This document shows, in pieces, positions 11,922-25,809 of a DNA stretch of 64,000 nt (positions are counted from its first letter, which is position 1; each line of letters begins with the position of its first letter). The notes beneath the pieces are model-generated. The model was not told the DNA's origin and did no database searches. It worked only from the letters and a program-made list of their open reading frames with translations. The stretch comes from Felis catus (taxonomy: Eukaryota). Location: assembly GCF_018350175.1 (NCBI RefSeq), contig NC_058368.1, positions 163,558,001 to 163,622,000 on the forward strand, given 5' to 3'. The position numbers were made by a program, and so were the translations under genes.

Positions 11922-13001
11922 ACTGCACTATCCTTTTAATGAATTTAGTAATAATTTCTGTTATTCATGATACTGATAGTTTGTGTTTTGATTTTTTTTT
12001 TCATTATTCCCACTAGGGATTTATCCATTCTGTTGGTGTTTTCAAAGAACCAGATTTTAGCTGTTTGTTTTATAGTTCACTGATTTCTCTCTTTGAATAT
12101 TTCCATCCTCCTACTTATTTGGGTTGACCTTTATTCTCTTTCTAGTTTCTTAAATCACTTTTTATTAGACATTTCTTCTCCTGTTATATAAACATTTAAG
12201 GCTTTAAGTTTTCCTCTGAGTACTTCTTTAGCTACATCTCACAAAAGTTACATTTAATTCTCATTCTCATTCAGTTAAAAATACTTTATAATTTGTGATT
12301 TATTCCTTGAGTCATGGAGTATTTAGACATATATTGGTTACTTTCCAAATATTTGGGGGTTGGGGTTTGGATGTCTTGTTACCAATTCCTTCATACTGTT
12401 GCAATTACAAAACATATACTGTACAGTCTTAGTATTTTAAATGTGAGATATTTTATGGCTTAACATTTGGACTTGGTACATCTTAAATGCAGCAAGAGCA
12501 CTAAAAAAGAATTTTTATTCCATAGTTCATTGATGTAATGTTCTATCAGTATCCATTAGGTCAGAATTGCTGATAATCTTTTTCATATCTTCTGTGTTTT
12601 TCCTATTTTGAGGGGTGGGGACATGTGGATGGGAGGAGAGGTTCTGAATCTGCTGTCAGTTGCTTAGAGAGCAATTTCCACTCACAGCTGTACGATTGTC
12701 TTTTTCTTCCTTTAATTCAATCAGTTTTTATTCTGTGCTTTGAAGCTTTGTGATTACATACATACATATTTGGTATGCCTTCCTAATGTATTGACTCACT
12801 TATCATCATGAAATTTCCCTCTGATTCCTAGTAATGCTTTGTCTTAAAGTTTATCTGATGTGAATTTTGCTACCTCACATTTCTTATGCTTACTGTATGC
12901 ATGGATTATTTTTCCAAACAACCTGTGGTCTTCATATGTAAGGGATTTTTTTTTTTCTTTTGTAGGCAGTATATATTTGGCTTCTTTAAAACCCATTCTA
13001 C

Positions 13002-13179
13002 GGGCACCTGCGTTGCTCATTCAGTTAAGCATCCAACTTTGGCTTAGGTCATGATCTCTCAGTTCATGGGTTTGAGTCCCACATCAGGCTCTGTGCTGAC
13101 AGCTCAGAGCCTGGAGCCTGCTTCGGATTCTGTCTGTCTCTTCTCTCTCTCTCTCTCTCTCTCCCCCTCCCCCACATGT

Positions 13180-13219
<40 letters not shown>

Positions 13220-13248
13220 AAAGAATATAAATATTTTTTAAAAATTTA
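13002..13248 (+). mobile_element. CAN-SINE with target-site duplication (TSD) AAAACCCATTCTA
   Basis: TSD at 12988-13000 and 13249-13261. Confidence 0.94.
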
Positions 13249-15214
13249 AAAACCCATTCTAACAAAGCTGCCTTATAAGTTGCAATGTTTCTGGTTCATT
13301 AACATTGTAATTATTGATATGGTTGGGTTAGATCTACTATGTTATATTTTTGGTTTATACATTCTGATTGTTATTCTTTTATTCTTTTCTGCCTTGTTTT
13401 GTATTCAATATTTTTTAGAGTTTTATTTTAACTTATCTACTGACTTTGTACCTTTACCTTTTGCATCATTCTTTAATTAGTGGCTATAAATACACCTCTC
13501 TAACTTTTCATGATCTACTTAGAGATAATTTTATACTACTCAGAGTAAAATGTAGGAACCTTGCAACTCTGTAGATTCATTTACCTTCCTCTCCACCCAT
13601 CCTTGACACATAGTTATCCATGTATGTTACTTCCACATATATTATAAAGGCTACAATACAATGTTAGAATATTTGCTTTACACAGTCATGTATTTTAATG
13701 ACACTTGGAAGAGAAAAAAGTATTTTATTTATCCACACATTAGCCATCAGTCTTCATTCCCTTTTCTAAATCTTTGTTTCCATCTGGTTTTATTTGCCTT
13801 CTACCTGAATCTCTTTAGCATTTTTATACTGCAGATCTCTTACTGTATTTGAAAAAGTCTTGATTGACAATTTGAGGAAGAAAGTTTTTTCTTTCAGTGT
13901 TTTAAAGGTGTTGTGTCCTGTTTAGGGTTCCCATTGTTTCTGATGAGAAGTCTTTGGTAATTTGAATTGTCCCAATGTGTGCAGTGGGTTGAATTATTTA
14001 TTTCTGCCTGCTTTCAATATTTTTTCTTTATCTTTGATTCTCAGCAATTTGACTATGGCAAGCATGAAATTTTTTTTTTTTTTTTTTTTTTTTATAATCT
14101 GGGTTGATGTTCACTTTTACCTATCATCTCCATTCTGCTGTTAAGCTATCTAGTGGATTTTTTTTCAGATATTTATTCCTTAGTTTTAGATACTCTTTTT
14201 TGATTCTTCAGAGATCTCCAAAATTTTATTTATCATAAGCATATTTTCCTTTGTTCTTGAGTAAGTTAAAGTACTTGCTTTAACATTCTTGTGTACTAAT
14301 CTAGCTGACCTCAGAAATAGTCTCTACCAATTTATCCATTCCCAAGAAGAAAGATGTTTTCCTGTTTTTTTTCATACATTGAGTACTTTTGGATTGCATC
14401 CTAGACATTATGAATGAGATGTTGTATAAACTCCAGACTGTTATTTTTGTTACGCTCTTCCCAAGAGTATTGAGTTGTTTGGGTTTTTTTTCAAGCAAAG
14501 AGTTAACCTTGGGCGAACTCATGTTGCAAAACTGTGTTCCTTGAAGCAGTCAGCAGCTCATCTTTCACATCTTTTCTTTTGGCCTTAGCTGCACTCTTGG
14601 AGCCTACCCTCCCATGCCATAAATGTGATCATGTTTTATACAAAGAACTGGAGACTCTCCCTTTCTGGGATCTCCCACCTGATTTTCCAGCAGCTATAGT
14701 TGCTCCAGTACTTATCTTCTGGTTCTTCATGCTAGTAAGAATGAGTTTTATGTTTAGTTGTAGTCATTGCACATGGTTCAGACCAGATACTCTCCTTAGG
14801 CCTACAGCTTTCAAAAAAATGGGGGTGGGGGGGACTCAACATGAGTTTCCTTCCTCCAAGTGTTGATTTTTTTTTCCAGTATACACCTGCTTTTGTTTAC
14901 TCTTCAGTGTCTTCAAGTAGTTGTTTTTCATATTTTCTCCAGAGTTTATACTTGTTAACCTGCAGGAGAATTAGTCAGATAGGAGCTTGCCCATCCATAC
15001 CAGAAGTGTCATCTGTCTTAGAATAACTTTTTGATAACTCATAAGGGCTTAATGCTGGTTTGGATGTAGAAGGATAAGTTCTAAGTCAAGACTGTTTATA
15101 GTTTTCTAACATTTGAACTTTTTAAGTAGTGGTAATATAAAAGAGGAGAAAATAGATTTAAGGGGAAATGACAAGTTCAGTATTAAGCATATTAAGTTTA
15201 TGTTTACTGTCAGT

Positions 15215-15340
15215 TATATATATAGTTTTCTATAGTTTTCTATAGTTTTCTAATATATATAGTTTTCTAATATATATTTATAGAAACTATATAGAAGTAT
15301 ATAGTTTCTAATATATATAGTTTTCTATAGTTTTCTAATA
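15215..15340. repeat. AT-rich minisatellite (TATAGTTTTC units) with an internal inverted unit
   Basis: Direct read. Perfect 13-bp stem at 15281-15293/15298-15310. Confidence 0.85.
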
Positions 15341-15684
15341 GGATGAAAAGAATAAACAGATCTTGAAGGGAAAAGACCTGGACCAAAAGTATACATTTGA
15401 ATATCGTTAGCACAATAGATAGATGGTAGTTAAAAATGATGGAATAAATTAGTTTTCCAGGAAGAATGTAGAGTGAAAAGACAAATTTGGAACACACCCC
15501 ATTGACCTTACTTTCCTGTATTGATGTTGAATTCTCAAAAGTTAAAAGGTTAAAAATGCTCTATTGAATGTTTACAATGTTTCATTTACATCACAGTTAT
15601 AAAGTTAATTATTTGTCACTTAGCAGTAGTATTTGAACGTGAATTGCTTGTGAAAATCTAAACAATTTTTCTTTTTTTGTATAG

Positions 15685-15797
15685 CTACCAGCGGACCTTC
15701 TAATGCCGTTGTTCCTAATACCTCATCTCGAAAAAAGACTATAGCTAGCAAAACAGAAATGCATGAACACAAAAAAACCACTGGGAAAAAGAAATGA
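15685..15797 (+). CDS. PPIP5K2: PPIP5K2 terminal coding exon: [37 protein letters not shown]
   Basis: Acceptor ttttttgtatAG at 15683-15684 and TGA at 15795-15797. Matches the recalled lysine-rich human C-terminus (...HEHKKNTGKKK). Confidence 0.95.
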
Positions 15798-17550
15798 AAT
15801 CTTAACGGAAGCTGGAGCTCCATATATTTAAAAATCACGTTGTTCGATAGAAAAAGACACGTAATAAACCTTGACTGAAAACTGTCAAAGCAAGTAATTG
15901 ATGTTTCTCCTTATACACCTCTGTATTCATTTTAAAATATGTTAAATCTAGAGAATTCTTTGTATATATTCAGGTAAGGACCTTTTCTCATGATCTTGAA
16001 ATGTTTAAAACAATGTTTATTAACATTTTAGCAAAACTTACGGTGATGAAGGTCTGTCATTCTTAATATTATGTTTGCTATGTGCCCTCTGTAAAGAAAA
16101 CGACAGGAGACCTCAGCTAGCCTGTCCCAGTGTCTCACCAGTAATGCTGTTTACTCAAGAATCTGTGAGGTGACCTCTATACATACTTTCATTTTCACGG
16201 GATTGTATGTCAGCTATAAAAACCTATAGCTTGAGTTGGAATTTGACAGCCAGGATTACATATTACAGATTTTTAAAGTATATTTCCAAAGAGATTTCAC
16301 TGCCCATTTGGGTTAGAAACTTTTTTCCTCCAATTGTTAGAATTACATATATGCTGCAATATTTAATAACTGGAGTACTAGCATATGGGTTATTTTTCCA
16401 ATATGTGCTTTGAGGTTTTTTTTTTATTGTGTATTATTTAAAATATTACATATACAGCTGGGGTGACTACACCTTTATGTGCATAAATTTCTATATTAAT
16501 TTGTAGAAAATACTTGCTTTATATATTTCCTTATCATAAGGTGCTTTTGCTCATCAGGAAAATACTGCTTTATGTATCGGGAAGAAAGACATCTTTAGAA
16601 TTTCTTTTTAAGAGACATAGTTGATAAGTTTATAAATGTTACACTTATTTTCAGAGTTCTTTTTAGATCTAAGGAAACCAGTTCAAAAATGGATATCAGC
16701 AGTGTGAGGAGAATGTCTCAATTCTGTAGTTAGGAGATATTATGCATAACACCTCTTTTTAGCATTTCCATTCTTATCTCTAGTGTATCAGTTGATCTCA
16801 CTAAGAAAGCTTAAAGATTGAACATTGGATGTAAATGCTCTTTTCAAACTATTAGATTTTGAAAGGAAATTGAGATCATTGTTTTGTGATTTCATCTGTG
16901 ATGTGAAAAAATATTTATTGTATTGGTGCTTTTTTATCCCCTAGTGCACAAATAATTATAAGCCACTTGAATGACTTAAACTGTAAACCAAACAATACAA
17001 CCTGGTAAGAATTCCATGCATTGCCAGTCAGGTAACTTAAGTTGCTAAAGCTTTACTTTGAAGCTTATATTTAGGATATTATTGAATTCTCATACGAACA
17101 CAACTATTAAAACTCTTCAGGAGGCTCTCCTAACTTTAAATCATCACCTATGAATTGACATTTAGAAAATAAACATATTAAGTGTTAGTTTTAAAAGGTA
17201 CCAGATGCAAAAGTCACAAATATATACAATTATATAAGTTCATGTACTTCACGTGAATGTACTTGTATTATATGGAGACATGTCTTGTAAACAGTTGAAT
17301 GTACCTAAACTTTCTATATGTGAAAATGTTAATGTGCTCAGTGTGGGAGTAAGAAGCTACTTTTATTTTTTAAGTGGAACTTAATTAAAATATTTTATTT
17401 CCAGAATCAGAGTCAATTAAGTGGCAACTTATTTTTGATTTCTAGTCTTTATCTCTTTACTTTTAGCTTTCAAAGTAGAAATAAGAAAACTATTTGAGTA
17501 TTAAACGATGCTAATCTCAGATATGAAATAAAACTGTTGGCCATATCTAT
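15798..17550 (+). other. PPIP5K2: PPIP5K2 3' UTR with several candidate poly(A) signals
   Basis: Repeat-free AU-rich stretch after the stop. AATAAA at 15863, 17168 and 17527; ATTAAA at 17384; Pumilio-type TGTATATA at 15961. The true 3' end cannot be fixed from sequence. Confidence 0.7.
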
Positions 17551-19419
17551 TTCCTAGAAATTAGCTACAGAAATTCAGCATAGCTCATTTTTACCATTCT
17601 TGTACATGAACTATGATTTCACCGTAGTCACTAAACTCTGTAATATTTTTGTGTAGACTGATTAGATAAACTGATTTGAAAGAATCTTTGAATCATTTTC
17701 TAAAACAACAGAAGTCTTATATATCAGAGCAAGAAATTACAGTTATCACTCTTTAGTGCAGGTTTGACTGAACCATCCGTTTCTCCCATGATTCTATCCC
17801 TGTATGGGTTTGTTTGTTTGTTTGTTTGTTTGTTTGTTTGTTTTAAATACTGCAAGATACTGTTTCTTGCAGCCCAGTCCTCCAAGCAGCAGAGATGAGA
17901 AAGCCCATCCTGAGGAGCTGTCCAGCCATTCTAGGATGTTAGTCTTCATGGTGCATTATTCCATCTTTCCTTCCTTAATCCCGCATCTGAACGCAGACCT
18001 CACTTTCCCCTTGAAGCAATGCTGGCAGATTTTGCTGCCCTGGTTCTATAGGATTCTCCTAAGTCCATTCTAAACGCCAGGAAATACATTTGAGGTGTTG
18101 TACCAACATTGGATTAAACAGCAAAATGTGCTGAACAGCTTATCTCAGGTTTCCTTTGAGCAGGAAATGGAGGCAAAGGAGAAACAGTAAAGGGACAGAG
18201 AACATGTGACAGCGTGCTTGCTTGCATATACATGGAACAAAAGGGCAATAGACAGCAATTAAAAGAGAAAAGCTAAATTATTGCTCTTCAATAAAGATCT
18301 AATTACAATTCTTAAGACAAGAGAAAAGCCTCTTTTGAACAGTATTATTACCCAGAGTTTCCTCCAGGTTTTGCTGACTCTAATGTGCATGTCCACTATT
18401 ACCTAGTTTCATGCTAAATTTTTTTCATGCTAAGATTTTGCTTTTACTTGGTCTTGTGTGCATACTTTAATGGAAAGTCCACAGTATTTCCTTGTGTGCT
18501 TATCAAAGTTTGCTTTACATATAGTATTCATTAATATGACCTCATTTTATCCTTGGTTTATCTGGGCAGAGTAGACTGCCTATATTATTCTTAGTAATGT
18601 TGGGATTCTTAGTAAACTCTGTGAGTTTAGACCCTCTCTAATTCTCTTGAGCTGTACCCAGAGCTGTCATCAACAGCAGCATTCTTGCCCATGGGGACAA
18701 TTTTTATCCTTCTGAAGGGGTCACTTGATATAAGGAATTCAAGTAGAAATAGCTCTCCCTTTGCACAGAATCATTCATAGGTACCAAACTATTGCCGTGT
18801 AAGGTTTTCTTTATATGGGTCAGTTTTTGTTGAAGGGTCTACTCTGTATTTTCAGAGAATGGAAAACTTTATAAAATCTATTATTTTATAACATATATAA
18901 ATTATATCTCAAATATGTCACTTAGGTTTTCTATAACCTTTTCCTTTGGCCCATGTGCTTAGTCATGACTTGAAAGAGGTAAAGGAAACTTTCCATATAA
19001 GGATTTTCTCCTTTTATTGCCTGTGTTTTTTTTTTTTATTTCTTTCTTTATTTTTATGTCTTCTGTTGCATATGAATTCATGACCGCTAGATTTACAATG
19101 TGGGTTTTACATTTATCATTATAACAATATCTTTTGTTATTTCATTGGATGCTTTTGCCTTATAGTTTAAAATGTCAGATATTAAGATTATGCCGTTTTA
19201 TTTTAAAGTACATTTGCTTGATACACCTTTATCTATCCCTGAATGTTTATGTTTGTGTCACTGTGTTTAGGTATTTTAAAATAGTGTGGTTTGCTTTGTG
19301 ATTCACTTTTAGGATTCCTCCTATTTCATACATTAGTGTAGTGTTTTTATATGTAATATATTTCTGCTTTTAGATTAATGCTTTCTGTTTTTATTGCTTT
19401 TTTAGGTTTTTTTTTTTTT

Positions 19420-19885
19420 GATCTTTTTTGTAGAACAGTTTTCACTGCAAGTAAGAAAAACTCCAGTTGAAACTTAAAATCATAAGGAAATTTATTACCC
19501 ATTTTGGGAAGTCCACAGACGGGGTGCGTTCTGGCCACAGTGCTTTCAGTCATAATGTCTTCAAAGACCCGGGTTCTCTACCTCACTCCTGTAGCATAGT
19601 ACAAGTACTTCATCCCAAAGTTGCTTTCCCACAATGTTCACACATCATGTTCACACAATGTTCACACGATGGCTGCCAGTGGCAGTCAGGGTTTTATGTT
19701 CTCTTGTTCATGTCCAACACAACAAAAATTGAGGAAAATTCTCCCTCAGCCATGGAATAGTCTTTCATTTCAGTATGATTAGGCCTTCTTATTTGGTCAT
19801 CTATCGCTCCTGGAAGAATAACATTCTCTAGGAGAAATCCATGGGCTTATTGGCTCTGGAGGTGGTGGTGATGGAGTCAAGTTCC
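19420..19885 (-). mobile_element. MaLR (MLT1-like) LTR remnant
   Basis: tgcaagtaagaaaaactccagttgaaacttaaa...ggaaatttatt resembles antisense old MLT1 ends. Confidence 0.5.
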
Positions 19886-19889
19886 GCCA

Positions 19890-20715
19890 AATGCCTCAGC
19901 CCTGTTGACAGTTTGGACCGTTTAATGCTTTTCTGGGAGCTGTTCTCTGCATAGTAGGATGTTTAGCAATAATCCTATGCTAAGCTGCTAGTTGAGGTAG
20001 TCAATTAAGGCAATGAGCCAAAATGAAAATAATAATCAAATTTTTATTTACTTACTGTGACAATATAGGCAGGAGGCCAAAAAGGAATGTAGCACTGGCT
20101 CCTCACTGTTCTTTCCTAGCCACCCGCTAAATGGCACTGGCCAAGGGTCAGTCAAGCAGTGCAGGGGGAGGAAATTGTCTCAGTGTTTTGAAGACACTTT
20201 TTGGTGGAAATTTTGATCATTGCTGAGGAGCACTGCCATTTTATGAACCCAGGGAACTGGGGACAGGGAGAGAAGGAAAGGCTAGAAGTGGAAAAACAGA
20301 GTGGAGAAGAGTACCTTGGTCAAGACCTGTCCCCGGGAAGGTGGTCTCGGTGGAGACACCTGAAGGAGTCCCGCAAGAATGAGGCCTCTGAATGGAGGTG
20401 TCAGGGCTAGGAGTGCAGATATGAATATAAGCATGCTGGCCCTTGGTGTCTTTGACTATATAGCTCCCTCAGAAGACTCTGTGTATGGAGGACAGCTTTT
20501 CCTCATAAAGACTTCCAGCAAAACTTTTTTAAATTGCCCATGATAAAGAAGGCCTGAAAGATCACACATAGGATTTTGGCCTGAAATTGGTCTCCTCGTC
20601 CTGGTCTCTAACCTAAATGCCAGTAACACCCCCTGAAAGAGAGTCTAAATTGTCTCCAGACATTGCCAAATGTCCCCTACAGAGGCAGAATCACTCCCAA
20701 TTAAGAATCCTTGCT
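19890..20715 (-). mobile_element. MER20 (hAT-Charlie) split into two halves (19890-19976 and 20598-20715) by an LTR-like insert
   Basis: The halves match contiguous parts of the recalled MER20 consensus (taggatgtttagca / atgccagta...tgtctccagacattgccaaatgtcccct). Confidence 0.75.
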
Positions 20716-22930
20716 TTTAAGCATAAGATTATGTGAAAAAAAAGGATAGATATATGACCAAAATTAGGGTTCTTTTAGGAAAGGGGTGGAGGAATGAATA
20801 AGGGGTAAGTGATCAACAATATGAACACTACGCTTTCATTGTACTCTCCGTGTTTGCTGTACTTCCCTTTGTTCCACTTGTTCTCTTCTTAACTGTAATT
20901 TTGATTTACATATTTCATTTTCTAGATGCTCTTGATACCCTGTTAGGAGCAATGTCCAATTAGTGTACTTTTTTCTGCCTTTCCTCTAGAGCAGTTTAAG
21001 TTGACAGTATTATTCCCTTGGTTCTTCTTGTGTTTAGCTTTATACCTGTAAATGTTTTATGCCTTTATTACATGCTTATCAGTTTAAATGCTATATTTTG
21101 CACCCCTCATTAACAGGTTGAAATTATTTCCACCTTATCCCCTCTTGGCCTTCTCTCACTTTACCCACCTCTTGTATTCCCTCTGGTGTAGCATTGTTTG
21201 GAGGATGGTCGTCTTCTCTTTTCCATTTCTTTCCTAAAGTCTTTTAGCTCCTGTTGCATTTCCTTTGGTTGTGTCGCTATGTGGTTTCTGATCGCTTGTA
21301 TCTCTGGATGAAGTTTTTGTTTCCTTATTTGGTCATATATTTCATATGCTCAGTGGATTCATTTTTTCCAATGAATGGTTTTATCTGCTATTGTTTCTCC
21401 CGTTCCAGTCCTGCTTTTTTTGGAGTATATTTGTATGAACACTATTATGCAGGCTCATTTTCATTTACCACTCATCTCGAAATAAGTTCCTTTCTGGATC
21501 ACCTATTTGATATACTTCCATATGGTAGTTAATAGCATTTTGGGCTAACAATTCTTCCTGGGTAATACGGAAGTGACTTATCCCAGGTCTGCAGGTCTAC
21601 AAAAGTTGTTTTTTAGCCTTTTTATTCTCTGCAGCAAACAGTGACTGTCAGCCACAGAGCTGCTCCCCTTTGGGGCGTCTTTCCTCCACTCTTGTCTCAT
21701 CCACATACTGCTTCTTGTAAGTGACATGTCTATATTTCCTCCTTGGGCTTTGCAGCTCTGCTCCTCTCTGGTACCAGGAAGTATCCAGAAAACACCCGAA
21801 TGGTGGTGCTGACTCCATTTCCATTGTTTCAGACAAGGAATTGGCTTTGCCCCTTAGAATATGCCAGCTATTTTGGAGTCTGTTGCTCTGATAACTTTGA
21901 GGTCTGGAGCTGTAAGCATCCTCTCCAGGGATCTTCCTTTTATATCTTGACTGCATCTGTTAGCTCTTTCTCAGAAGTTGTGGCGGAGGTTACAAGTGTT
22001 TTCTAGTTTTGTTGAAGACTGTTTATATTTCTTTTATTTTAAGATAATTTATATTTGTCTTATATTTGGGGATGATCATTTTTATTGAGAAATGATTTCT
22101 CCATTTTCAAACTGGATATCACTTCTTTTTTTATTACTATCCTTTGACATCAAGGAAGAAGAAGAGGAAGAAAAGGAGAAGTTTCTATTTTCTTACCACA
22201 GCTATGTTTTTTTAAATGAAGTTAATAATGCCACTTATGCCTAAAGTCCAATGTTGTCAGGATCAAATGAAATGATGATTTGGTAAACTGCAAAAGGAAG
22301 AACAAATTTGAAGCATTATTTGTGTTCTTTTGTTGTAATGGAGTTGTATATAGTCCAGATGTCAACCAGCCTTCTTTTTTCAGTTGTATTTCAGCATTTT
22401 TGCAGTCAAGGATGTTCTAGACAGCTCCCAATACTCTTCTATGGTTGCTTTTGTTGCCACAGGAACAGCTTGCCTAGTAACAATCTGACAAACCAAAAAA
22501 ATAAAAAAAATCAAGGTTATTCCGGCATCTTTTCCATTTATAAAATCTTTCAAATAATACAGTCCTTCTTAAAGCAAGGCTTAAAAAAAAAAAAAACAGT
22601 ATTTAACAAAACAAAATGAGGCCTTCCCTCCCACCCATCCATCTCATGTCATGTGTGGTGTGAATGACACAATTTATGTGACCCTGGTGAGATAACGGAT
22701 GTATGATTTAGATACCCATTTTAAAGCCCTTACAAGGATGTATCTCGATGAAGAAAGTAAGCTGTTTATTTATCATTCCATGTAACGTGCTTCAAGAGTC
22801 CTCGATATATGAAGGATGATTTTTTTAAGAGCTAAAAAAAAAACAGTGTGCCTTCTGAAAGTGTTTTGCTACTTTCGAAAACTAGATTTTTCTGAAACCA
22901 GTCAATTGACTAGAATGCTCATTGTTAAAG

Positions 22931-22968
22931 GTGGATGGATGGATGGATGGATGGATGGATGGATGGAT
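22931..22968 (+). repeat. (GGAT)n tetranucleotide microsatellite
   Basis: Direct read. Confidence 0.95.
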
Positions 22969-24630
22969 GAATAGATGGAAAAATGAAGGGAAAAAAACGA
23001 GGGAGAAGTGAGGCAGAGAGAATAAAAGAACATAAGCTCTACTGTACTACCAAAAAACATTGCTGATATGAAGAAGTTGGAGGCCAGATAATTAAAGACT
23101 CTCTTGCCATACATAGAAATGCTAACTTGTCCTATAGTAAAATGAGACCTGGGAGTCCCTAATGTTTTAACTCACAACAGTTTTGTATAACTGACTCTTC
23201 ATTAGTCATTTAGAAACCTTTCTGAAAGTTTCTAATATGCCATATGCCATACCTACCTTGTTCTTGAACATTAATTTAGGTAGATAGCATAACTAAAGTA
23301 AGAGTTACTGGTACTGATGGCCATTACTACTCCCTCTTGCTCCCCAGATGCTCATTTAAAGAATTTACTGTTAACAGTAAGCATAAATAAAGTTTATGCT
23401 TCAATATTTATAATTTTAGAATTATATGAGGATTTTACTAGCTCCCATTTGTTAACCTGAGTTCATTTAGTTCTGGATATTGGTTGATAATATAAATGCA
23501 AGCTTTTTTATATTTAAACAGAATAGAATATAGTTATGGAAATGTTTTTACAGCAAGAACAAGAAAAAAATTATACCCAGCATATCAATGATGTAGTACT
23601 ATGATTGTGTAAAAGCAGATGGCTAATAGGAAATCTTTGAGTCTATAGAATAAGTTCTATATTTCTACTACATGTGCATTATTGCCTTGTCTGGTTGTTA
23701 AAATGGACATCTGTAAAGTTGTGGCATAAAATGATCATCTGGGTTCTCAGCTGTCTTTAGTCTATGGTGATGTGATTCTAAGAAAGTTCTTTTCCTTGTT
23801 ACCTTCTGCCCTCTATATTCTGACCAATGCTGCAACCACAAAGAAGTGGATGATTTGTCTTGCTGTATGAGAAATAATAGACTGATAGCATCCTATCATG
23901 GTTATAACTCATTTTGACAAAAAAAAAAATTATCCCTAAAAAACTAGAGTTACTCCATAGGAATCAGGTGACCCCCATATTACAGACTTGGGCCAGGAGG
24001 CTACGACCTGAGCAGAAAAGTTGGTTGCTAAGTAAGGAGTAAGAATTTGGGAGGAATTTATCTGCTCAAAATCCTACCTACTTGCTGGATACAGTGTCTA
24101 TGTAGGGAGAATCATTAAGAAAGCTCAGTGAACTCCCTGCCAAACACACAGATAACCCCTTTTAATATGCAAATACCCTTGGAAGGCTTATGTCATTAAT
24201 CTCGCCATTAACCCCATAATTTATCAAATGCTTTTCTCACTGTCTTCCGAAAGGCATTCCTTCACCAAATGCGTGGTGGGTGCTGATTATAAACCCATTA
24301 CTATGCTAAACCCTGGTGAAAATGAAAGTCCTGTTGCCATTCTTCAAGGAATTTACTATCTATTGGAGACCAAGTGCTCTAAAGCAATCACAGAGACCAT
24401 GGCAAAATGAGTGAGGAACTTATATTTCAAACACTTAAAAATTCTGGATAAAATATTTATTTTGGAAATGCATATAGCAGCTCAAAAGCAAGAAATTAAA
24501 ACCAGAAGGTATCAGAAATGAAAGGAATCAGCAATTGAATCAAGTCTGAAGTCCTTTTGTCTAAGGGATTCAAAGGGTACCTGAATCCCTGATTTTTCAG
24601 GGATAATTTACTTGATCAGCATGAACTATA

Positions 24631-24845
24631 TTAGCTAAGGGTACTGTTGAGGAAGCCTTGAAGTTGCAAACTGTCTATATGGCTGGAGCTGGGTTCCATT
24701 CGTAAAAGCAGGAAAGGCTCTACAGTGTGCAAACCAGAACTGTAAGATCTTATACCTACCCTTGTAGGTCCACAAAAAGAAGCAAATGCCAAAACATACA
24801 CTGGGACACTTGCACAATCCAGGGCACACACAGGGTGCTTCCACA
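24631..24845 (-). pseudogene. Candidate terminal exon D of a decayed unknown gene: (V)WKHPVCALDCASVPVYVLAFASFCGPTRVGIRSYSSGLHTVEPF...NSTLS*
   Basis: Minus-strand acceptor gatttctAG, phase-1 entry, about 70 open codons to TAA, and minus-strand AATAAA at 24456-24461. Confidence 0.45.
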
Positions 24846-24890
24846 CTAGAAATCACACTGAAAAAAAGCTCACTCAAAAAACAACTTGCA

Positions 24891-25101
24891 GGGCGCCTGG
24901 ATGGCTCAGTCAGTTAAGCGTCCAACTTCAGCTCAGGTCATGGTCTCACAGTTTGTGAATTCAAGCCCCATGTCATTCTCTGCGCTGACAGCTCAGAGCC
25001 TGGAGCCTGCTTCAGATTCTGCGTCTTCCTCTCAATCTGCCCCTCCCCCGCTCACACTGTCTCTCTCCCTCTCAAAAATAAACATTAAAAAAAAAAAAAA
25101 A
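24891..25101 (+). mobile_element. CAN-SINE
   Basis: Typical head and poly(A); imperfect TSD ending in CTTGCA. Confidence 0.93.
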
Positions 25102-25809
25102 CCTTGCAAATCCCATGAAAAAACACTTGGCATCCTAGGAGATTTTCTGAGGAAGTAGATGGTGGTGTGTTATTGTGGCATAAAAGGAGCAGAATAAAGT
25201 TGGGGCAGGAAGAGACATTTAAAGGGTAAGATAGGAAAACAGCGACGACTTCATGAATGTGCTTGGGGTGGTATAGAGTAGGAGACTTTAATTTAGGAGA
25301 CTTCAAGAATTTCATAACATTGGAATATAAACTGTTGGAGACAGGGATGATTTCCATGCTGACATAATCCCAAATAAAGTGTGTATTTCAACGTGGTATT
25401 CTGTAAATTTTAATAATTTTTCAAAATAAGTGATGTCAAGCTAATATTATAACAGTAAGTAAAAAATTTTTAAGTCACTTTTATTCTATTACCCTATATG
25501 TGTTTTCATTTTTTCATGGTCTCTTACAGTTACTGTTCTTAAGTATCTTTACATAATTGTAATTATTGCACCATAAACATAAAATGTTTTTCCTAGGTTC
25601 TTTACTCCACATTACATGATATTTTCCCATGATCAGTAGTATTTATAATGGTCATAATTGTCACTTTAAAATCTGGCATTTTCTTAAAATTAAGATTATT
25701 AAAGTAATACATATTAGGTCAAATGTTACTAAAATGTAACAAAAGAGCTTCACTTTCCTTACTCTTTTTCTCTGACCTCTACCCATCCCTACCCCAAGTC
25801 AAATCTCAT

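Larger units (their letters stand above)
11270..14990 (-). mobile_element. Old fragmented LINE-1 (L1M-type) interrupted by SINEs
   Basis: T-rich L1 antisense motifs such as ccttgcattcctggaatggaccccacttggtcatga and ttttcaaagaaccag. No intact ORF. Confidence 0.7.

Noticed and set aside
15215..15340. Short direct repeats as a possible CRISPR-like array
   Set aside because: No unique spacers, low-complexity AT sequence, mammalian context.
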